Assembly: GCA_964648855.1 (NCBI GenBank)
Contig: CAZYLT010000014.1
Coordinates: forward strand, 32,400 to 64,399
Reading direction: 5' to 3'
Origin: an uncultured archaeon
Lineage (GTDB): Archaea; Asgardarchaeota; Thorarchaeia; Thorarchaeales; Thorarchaeaceae
Length of the DNA stretch: 32,000 nucleotides
Shown here: positions 25,670 through 32,000 of the stretch, one piece after another
How the letters are laid out: each line of letters starts with the position of its first letter
Numbering within the stretch: position 1 is the stretch's first letter
Position numbers and translations under genes: made by a program
The notes under the pieces: model-generated
What the model was told of the DNA's origin: nothing
The model's input: only the letters and a program-made list of their open reading frames with translations
The model's database searches: none

Positions 25670-26812
25670 CTATTCTTCAACTGCACCAGTCTTTCTGTAA
25701 AGCCAAAGCCCAACTAATCCTAGGAGAACTGCGGACGCAGTAGAAAATACCGTGAGCATTAGAAGAAAATCAGAAGACCCCAGAGTTGGCAATTCATCAA
25801 GCTGCTCGAAAGAACGCAATGCATCTCTCACGCCGTACAAGTTTCCTGAGAAAGCATCAACGAAAAGGGTAGCATCCTTACTAGGACCTGTTTCAAACCG
25901 GATTACCCACGAGAGACGACTGTATACTCCCAATCCTTCTAAGCTAACTTCAGTCAGAGCTAGGATTGAATTCTCGTGATCGAACTCAGGATACTCTGAG
26001 GGGACTGAGTATCGTGAGAGGGCGTTTGATTTGGCGACATTTTCATCGATGACGTATGAGGTGTCGATATCATCGATGCCAATCCAATCGTAGCTATAGT
26101 AGGAAATTCCTCTGGTAAAGGCCGAAGCCCGTATCACAATAGAAGATCCTTCCACCATGATTGACCCTATATATTCTTGAAAGACGAGAGAATAGAAGCG
26201 CTGGCAATCATACGGCTCACCCTTGATATAGTGTGCTGTGTTTGGAATCATGACGTCAAATTCTTGTAGGAATTCTCTTGTCAGATTTTCTGCTTCTGTA
26301 AGAGAAAGAGGAGCAGGGTCAAAGTCATGCAGATACTTGCTCTCGTACTCAATTATTGATCCCGCAACCGAATCTACTATAACATACGCCAAGAAATCCA
26401 CATGGCTGAACGAAACCTGCCATGCAGGAAGGTCTGTCATATTGGCTATGCTTGCTACTGTCCATGCTAATGAAGAAGGCCCTACCTTCTCAAGAAAATC
26501 CTGCGCAATTCCAGCTGCAGCTTCACTCGTAATTGAGGGTGTAAAATCCGAATAGTCACGAGATACTAGAAAAGGACGAGATGATCGAATCTTGTAAGCG
26601 TTAGGGAATATTTCTGAATCTCGATTGTCAGCGACATAATCACTAAATGCTGATTCAATGACAGGTGTTCCTTCTACCATTGCGCCTTCTTGATCCCATA
26701 AACTCCCATGGTATACAGCAACCGGCACAGCGACTCCAAATAGTATCAGTAGAACACAGAGCAACGATGCGGCTTTTGGAATCTGTCTTAAATTCAGTGT
26801 AATGCACCTCAT
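25670..26812 (-). CDS. Surface protein with PepSY-like repeats, N-terminal signal/TM and C-terminal TM (start uncertain; the ORF opens at 26896)
   Basis: ITSEAAAGIAQDFL...PAWQVSF...VIVDSVAGSII, LSLTEAENLTREFL and IDENVAKSNA...RLSWVIRF...FVDAFSGNL. Confidence 0.68.
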   Translation of the reverse strand: MRCITLNLRQIPKAASLLCVLLILFGVAVPVAVYHGSLWDQEGAMVEGTPVIESAFSDYVADNRDSEIFPNAYKIRSSRPFLVSRDYSDFTPSITSEAAAGIAQDFLEKVGPSSLAWTVASIANMTDLPAWQVSFSHVDFLAYVIVDSVAGSIIEYESKYLHDFDPAPLSLTEAENLTREFLQEFDVMIPNTAHYIKGEPYDCQRFYSLVFQEYIGSIMVEGSSIVIRASAFTRGISYYSYDWIGIDDIDTSYVIDENVAKSNALSRYSVPSEYPEFDHENSILALTEVSLEGLGVYSRLSWVIRFETGPSKDATLFVDAFSGNLYGVRDALRSFEQLDELPTLGSSDFLLMLTVFSTASAVLLGLVGLWLYRKTGAVEE

Positions 26813-26976
26813 AGAGTACGTTACAAATTGAAACTTACCTTTTAGGTTTGAGTATCCGACATATCCCGTCATGTCCTCCTCTGACAAATACTTCAAAGTG
26901 ACATATTGTGAAATTATTAGAGAATTTTGCTGACCGTGACAAAGGCGGGAAGCAAATCCATTATGCTATTGACTTG

Positions 26977-27351
26977 CTATCCTAGATTCGCCAACTTCCC
27001 TAATCGACCCAAAGCGTCACGATAACGATTATTCTGTTCAGACCATTCAACCAGTTTTGCACAAGGGAATTCGTCACATTGCGAACAGTTTTCTAGCCGC
27101 CTCTCATCGACACAACATCCAAGAATCCAACAATCTGCACTCCAATGTTTGGTTCTATCTCCTAAGCAGCCCTCACAGTACAACCCCTTTTCGACTGCAG
27201 TATCAGCTCCTTCGTCTGGAGAGAGCCAACCCATCTCTTGATACCATCCTATAGCTTCCTTTGCTGAGTCATCGCCAAATAACACTCTCCTGATAGAGCA
27301 AGCACCGCAAAGCAACCCGCATGCAGCAATTGTAACGGTATCACGATCCAT
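26977..27351 (-). CDS. DUF3795 Cys-rich putative metal/Fe-S-binding protein
   Basis: AACGLLCGAC, CEGC, CWILGCC and NCSQCDEFPC. Confidence 0.82.
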   Translation of the reverse strand: MDRDTVTIAACGLLCGACSIRRVLFGDDSAKEAIGWYQEMGWLSPDEGADTAVEKGLYCEGCLGDRTKHWSADCWILGCCVDERRLENCSQCDEFPCAKLVEWSEQNNRYRDALGRLGKLANLG

Positions 27352-27422
27352 TTGATTTCATTCTTTAATGGACTACATCTTCTGATAAACTGCGTGTCCT
27401 TTTCAAACCACTAGTCTTTCTA

Positions 27423-27971
27423 TTATCTGCTGACCCAATCATTTCCTACAATAAAAAATCGCAACGGTAGATTCTGTCCCAAGGACAGGCCAATGCGTGC
27501 ACTAGTACCAACTTCAATATTATCGGAACCAGAATCCAATACCTTGATTTCTGTTCCTACTCTTTCGCCGTTATATTGTGTATCGATTCCGAAAGCCTGG
27601 GTGAGTCTTGCTGGTCCATTTGTGAGATTCTCCTTACGGCCGCGATTGTCAACCATCTTGTCTATGCCCTCCAATGGCTCCGCAGCACGTATCAAGACAG
27701 CTCCTGGCGTCCCTTCTTCCTCGCACACAAAATTCAACATGTAGTGCATGCCATACGTGAAATAGACATAGATATGGCCCGGGGGACCAAACATGACCGA
27801 ATTCCTAGGGGTCTTGTTGCCTTCATGTGCGTGAGACCCAGCTTCATCCATATATGCCTCTGTTTCTACAATCCTCGCTTTCATACCATCCTTTGCGAGT
27901 ATTTTTCCAAGCAGGTCTTTTGCAACTACGTCAGTTTTTCTCGCAAAAAACTCTAGTCCAATTTTCGTCAT
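27423..27971 (-). CDS. mpg: DNA-3-methyladenine glycosylase (MPG/AAG family)
   Basis: VAKDLLGK, RIVETEAY, MFGPPGHIYVYFTYGMHY, AVLIRAAEP, NGPARLTQA and RIG. Confidence 0.93.
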   Translation of the reverse strand: MTKIGLEFFARKTDVVAKDLLGKILAKDGMKARIVETEAYMDEAGSHAHEGNKTPRNSVMFGPPGHIYVYFTYGMHYMLNFVCEEEGTPGAVLIRAAEPLEGIDKMVDNRGRKENLTNGPARLTQAFGIDTQYNGERVGTEIKVLDSGSDNIEVGTSARIGLSLGQNLPLRFFIVGNDWVSR

Positions 27972-28021
27972 TTCATGTCATCTTCCAATCTGGGGGTGTC
28001 CTATCATGGTGACATCTGGAA

Positions 28022-29305
28022 TTAGAGCAGTTGGGATATCGAATTTACTGTTTCACTCACATCATCTGAAGTATGCTCAAATGAAAGCGCCCCCAAACCA
28101 TGGTACCCAAATATCCCACTCTCCACTAGCCTACATTGAAACCTATCCAATTCATTATGATTGAGATTGTTTGCAATATCAGTAGCGGTATATGGATGCC
28201 TTATGGGCCTATTCAGCCAGTGAATAAACACGAGCGACCCCGTTCCTGTCGCCAACAGGTTTGAATCATGTGTTTCGAATAGATCATTCAGGTTTGAACG
28301 AAGCTCATCTCCTTGCGTATTCAGTTTTCCATATTCCTCAACCCGTTTCTTCAATTCTCTAAGAGTTGCGAGACCTGCTACCATTGTCAATGGATGACTC
28401 GAGAATGTTCCGCCGCCCACCCATCTTCCACCCTCTGCCTTAGGAACCGCTAATGCCATCAAATCTTCCCGTCCTCCATACACTCCGAGATGCATGCCAC
28501 CGCCTGCAATCTTGCCCAGTGTGATAAGGTCTGGTTGAACCCCGTAAATATCCATGCCAGCAGACCCATAGCAGAACCTGAAACCAGTAATGATTTCATC
28601 GAAAATTAGGATAATGTTTCTTTCTGCTGTTTCCTCCCGAAGATACCTCAAGAAGTCATTCTCTGGAGCCAATCCGCCACCTGCACCTAACACAGGTTCC
28701 ACTATGACTGCGGCGAGCTGGTCACCGTGCTCTTTCATCATGAGATCAACGCTATCGCGGTCATTGAAGTTGAAGGCAACACCATCATAGAATGGCTCAT
28801 CGGAAAAGGGATGCTTCAAATAATACCCGAGGGCATCATTTCCTCCATGCCAACCACCTAATGCCTTTGCAACCAATCTCCGTCCAGTAAAGAGCCTTGC
28901 CAATCGCACGGCATACATTGTTGCTTCCGCACCTGTTGAGCAGAAACGCATCTTCTTCAGAAAAGGTATGGCAGAAGCCAATCTCTCAGCAAATTCAACT
29001 TGGAATGGATTCAGGGCTCCGAAATGGTGTCCTTGCTGTGCCTGTTTTACAATCGCGTCTTCAATAGAAGGATGATTGTGCCCAAGGATTGCAGAGAAGT
29101 GTGTCATCCACCAATCAATGTACTCGTTTCCATCAATATCCCAGATGTGGCTACCCTCCCCGCGATTGATGAATGGCGGATATGCCCCACAACGATCCAA
29201 CCCAAAGGTCCTGATATTGTGGTTTATTCCTCCAGCGAACACCTTCTTCGCGCGGTCCCAATATTTCCCTGAGGCAGGTGTGTTGGACACGTACTTCTCT
29301 AACAT
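28022..29305 (-). CDS. Class-III PLP aminotransferase, related to glutamate-1-semialdehyde aminomutase
   Basis: GSHIWDIDGNEYID, AVRLARLFTGR, VIVEPV, FDEIITGFR, PDLITLGKIAGGG (PLP Lys) and GGTFSSHP. Confidence 0.88.
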   Translation of the reverse strand: MLEKYVSNTPASGKYWDRAKKVFAGGINHNIRTFGLDRCGAYPPFINRGEGSHIWDIDGNEYIDWWMTHFSAILGHNHPSIEDAIVKQAQQGHHFGALNPFQVEFAERLASAIPFLKKMRFCSTGAEATMYAVRLARLFTGRRLVAKALGGWHGGNDALGYYLKHPFSDEPFYDGVAFNFNDRDSVDLMMKEHGDQLAAVIVEPVLGAGGGLAPENDFLRYLREETAERNIILIFDEIITGFRFCYGSAGMDIYGVQPDLITLGKIAGGGMHLGVYGGREDLMALAVPKAEGGRWVGGGTFSSHPLTMVAGLATLRELKKRVEEYGKLNTQGDELRSNLNDLFETHDSNLLATGTGSLVFIHWLNRPIRHPYTATDIANNLNHNELDRFQCRLVESGIFGYHGLGALSFEHTSDDVSETVNSISQLL

Positions 29306-29322
29306 CTATCTTAATCTCCTTT

Positions 29323-30354
29323 TCATTTCTTCCAGTAGTTCTGAGTGTTTCTTGGACAGGGTAGGTCCTTCATAGTAAATAATCCTGGTTCTGCGTCTAC
29401 TACTAAGGGAATCATGTTAAGCATCATCGCAATCGTAGCGTAGTCGCCCATGACGCCGCCCACAATCCTCTGGTGGATGGCAGGATGTCCATCAATGTGT
29501 ATTTCGTCATATTCAGGTGTTGCACCACAATAAGCTTCAAACACTAATTCAATGATTACTTCCCTATTCTTTACTCCCTGTCCTGTGCTCTTTAGGCCCT
29601 TAACATCGCCTTCATGTACAAGCCCTATTGGGGTATCTAGTGGTTCTTCTGCTATGATGGCTTCTGGTGAAAGCTCTCTTATTTCATCCAAATCGAGTTG
29701 AAGTGCATCATTGACGAACTCTATAGATTCAACAAGCCCTACATGCCCGGTTATGTCTCTCTTCTCAATTGCAGCTGCAAATTCATCTGTTGACATTCCT
29801 GTTCCAATCTTCTTCTGAAAAGACTCTCTTCTTCTGACTGAATCGATGACCCTCGTAACTCTGGCTTTATGAAAATCCATAGTTGGTGAACTTAGAATCG
29901 TGGGAAGCAGGTCCATAAGGAATCCCGGATTGATGCCTGTGCCTAGAACTGTCTGGTTTCGTTCCTTTGCAAGCCGGTCTATTTCATCTGCTATGTTTTT
30001 ATGCGATGCAAATGGATAAGATAATTCCTCGCAGATTGATATGACATCTAAATTAGCCTGTAAGCATTCCTTAATTGTCGGTGCAATCTTCTCAATAGAT
30101 GAAGTTGTCAAAACAAGAGCAATATCGGGTTTTTGGGCAGTGAGGGGCATTATTGCTTCTCCTAAATCCGATGAGATTTTCACATCATTTGAGCCAGAAA
30201 CTGATGAGAAGTCAGCAAGGCTTTTTCCTACTAGCTCGGGATTAATATCTATTATAGATTCAAGGGATAGATTAGAACGCTCCACTATGGCTTCAGCAAC
30301 CATCTTGCCTATGGAACCAAAACCAATTTGCAGCACGCGAAATGCTTCTGTCAT
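29323..30354 (-). CDS. NAD(P)-dependent amine dehydrogenase, 2,4-diaminopentanoate dehydrogenase (Ord)-like with a DapB-type N-domain
   Basis: GFGSIG Rossmann motif, VISICEELSYP, VLGTGINPGFLMDLLP, GHVGLVES, GDYATIA and PGLFTMKDLP. Confidence 0.8.
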   Translation of the reverse strand: MTEAFRVLQIGFGSIGKMVAEAIVERSNLSLESIIDINPELVGKSLADFSSVSGSNDVKISSDLGEAIMPLTAQKPDIALVLTTSSIEKIAPTIKECLQANLDVISICEELSYPFASHKNIADEIDRLAKERNQTVLGTGINPGFLMDLLPTILSSPTMDFHKARVTRVIDSVRRRESFQKKIGTGMSTDEFAAAIEKRDITGHVGLVESIEFVNDALQLDLDEIRELSPEAIIAEEPLDTPIGLVHEGDVKGLKSTGQGVKNREVIIELVFEAYCGATPEYDEIHIDGHPAIHQRIVGGVMGDYATIAMMLNMIPLVVDAEPGLFTMKDLPCPRNTQNYWKK

Positions 30355-30543
30355 GCACAATGTATACGTACTACCCTCTATATCTCTTATCTAATAAACG
30401 TCCATTCAAATGGAATGAAGGCCCGCTTGGGTGAGAGGTTGTGCATCAATTCGTAGTGAAAAGACAAATATAACAAAGGCATTCACTATATACAATAATC
30501 TGATTTATTCATAAATGCCCGTCGAAGGAGGACTGGCCTAGAT

Positions 30544-32000
30544 ATGAAACATCCTCCGAGAATATCCAAAAAACATGCTACAGATAGTGGAGATAGTATA
30601 GAATCTCTTAGAATCATCAAATCAGCAGCTGATATGTTATCTCACGGATTCCTTATTTATGAGAAACAAATTGCAAAGATAATTTATGTTAATGAAGCGG
30701 CGGAACGTATACTCGGATATCAATGCGACCAACTGATTGCAATGCCTAGTACGTTTCTGAATAGGATTGTTCATCAGGAAGACCTGAATAAGGTGCAAGA
30801 ATTTCTGAATGCAGATGAAGATGAGGGTTTTGAAAAGTCATCTCTGGAGTATAGATTCATCCGTGGTGATGGAGAAGTTATTTGGATCGAAATATTCAGA
30901 ACAGAAACGAAATATAGCGACAAGGACTATGGAGCTTTTCTAATTTCAGAAATTACAGAGAAGAAGCTTCGTGAAGAAGATGTGGTCAGTAGAGAAGAGA
31001 GATACCGCCTGTTATATGAAAATCTTGCAGATGCTCTCTTTATTACAGATATTCGCGGCTATATTACAATGTGCAATTCTCAAGCGAGTAATCTGTTTGG
31101 TTATTCCGAAGCAGAGTTACTAGGGATGCATTTCAAGCAGCTTGTTCATCCTGATGTTCGTGAGTCAGTTCTCGATGCATTTAGGCTAGGACTTAAACGT
31201 CAAAGAACACGTAGTGAAGGAATGTTCGCAAAAGGAGTTAGAAAAGATGGCACAGCATTCTACTATCACGTCACAAGTTCTTTGATGACTAGTGATGGGA
31301 AGCTCATTGGTTATCAATCACTCATTCGGGATATAACCGAAAGTAAACTTAGTGAGATGAAAGTGCGGCATTCAATGAAGGATCTCGAGCTTTATTCCTA
31401 TTTCTTGAAACATGACATTCGTCATGAACTACAAATCATTGCTACATCTTCAGGCATCTTGTGTGAAATAAGCGATGTGCAAAGCCAAGCATATTCGAAC
31501 TCTGAGATTATCAACAATTCGGTTGCTAGAATAAACAATATTCTCAGCTTCATGGACACAAGTGATATCACCCCCTCTGCTGGCGATATTATGAAAGATT
31601 TGGAAAAGAGCGCATTGCAAGCAATGAGGATTCATGAAAACCTGAATATTGTTCTGGAGATCAATCCGACTGTTAAGGATCATCCCCTTTCAAGAGGTGC
31701 CTTGATTGGACTTGTATTCAATAATCTATTTCAGAATGCCGCAATTCATGGCGGCAAAGAAGTCAATATGCGTGTTCAGGTTCAACTAGAGGATGATTCA
31801 TTGTCGATGGATTTCATTGATGATGGAAAGGGTATTGCAGACGAAGTCCAGGCCTCTCTCTTCAAGAAGGGCGCATCAACTAATGGGACGGGCCTGGGCC
31901 TCTACCTCTCAAGACGAGTTGTCGAGGAGTATAACGGTAAGATTGAGTACATAGATAGTATAAATCCCGGAACAACATTTCGTCTTACTCTGCCTGTCGA
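30544..32000 (+). CDS. Cytoplasmic PAS-PAS histidine kinase (open at the window end; absent from the ORF track)
   Basis: Hand translation: PAS1 YVNEAAERILGY...IVHQED...EYRFIRGDGEVIW; PAS2 CNSQASNLFGY...VHPD...RKDG...IRDITE; H-box KHDIRHELQ; N-box NLFQNA; DDGKGI; GTGLGLYLSR; GTTFRLTLP. Confidence 0.92.
   Translation, partial: MKHPPRISKKHATDSGDSIESLRIIKSAADMLSHGFLIYEKQIAKIIYVNEAAERILGYQCDQLIAMPSTFLNRIVHQEDLNKVQEFLNADEDEGFEKSSLEYRFIRGDGEVIWIEIFRTETKYSDKDYGAFLISEITEKKLREEDVVSREERYRLLYENLADALFITDIRGYITMCNSQASNLFGYSEAELLGMHFKQLVHPDVRESVLDAFRLGLKRQRTRSEGMFAKGVRKDGTAFYYHVTSSLMTSDGKLIGYQSLIRDITESKLSEMKVRHSMKDLELYSYFLKHDIRHELQIIATSSGILCEISDVQSQAYSNSEIINNSVARINNILSFMDTSDITPSAGDIMKDLEKSALQAMRIHENLNIVLEINPTVKDHPLSRGALIGLVFNNLFQNAAIHGGKEVNMRVQVQLEDDSLSMDFIDDGKGIADEVQASLFKKGASTNGTGLGLYLSRRVVEEYNGKIEYIDSINPGTTFRLTLPV

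Noticed and set aside
28022-29305. Gene symbol hemL
   Set aside because: Several HemL substrate-binding signatures are replaced and there is no tetrapyrrole gene context
30515-30541. 8-codon upstream ORF (MPVEGGLA*) before the kinase
   Set aside because: Explained as chance overlap with the GGAGG ribosome-binding site; no evidence of function
1-32000. CRISPR arrays, tRNA/rRNA genes, IS elements, integrases, defence systems
   Set aside because: No spaced direct repeats, cloverleaf motifs, terminal inverted repeats with a transposase, or recognisable defence genes were seen by eye

Overview
Gene-dense archaeal chromosomal window. An Asgard (Thorarchaeia-like) origin is inferred from protein families and promoter style, not proven. 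I saw no rRNA, tRNA, CRISPR array, transposase or integrase. The main object of interest is a ~10 kb catabolic island (4817-14813). At its centre a divergent promoter drives a metallophosphoesterase leftwards and a Pol-beta-fold nucleotidyltransferase-like gene rightwards. Each is followed by its own DUF917 (thiohydantoin desulfurase family) paralog, and the right arm ends in a hydantoin racemase. A convergent unit encodes a 4x[4Fe-4S] protein, a tungsten-type AOR, an F420-type LLM oxidoreductase and an MFS transporter. An APC permease lies ~3 kb upstream. Next come a repair block (isoaspartyl peptidase, pcm, a FEN1 without a PIP box, and an SSB followed by a start-less Thr-rich membrane-anchor segment), S9 and M3B peptidases, a creatininase-family gene, several orphan membrane proteins, DUF3795, mpg, a GSA-like aminotransferase paired with an Ord-like dehydrogenase, and a PAS-PAS histidine kinase running off the right edge. 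All family calls rest on motifs recognised by eye; no database searches were run.
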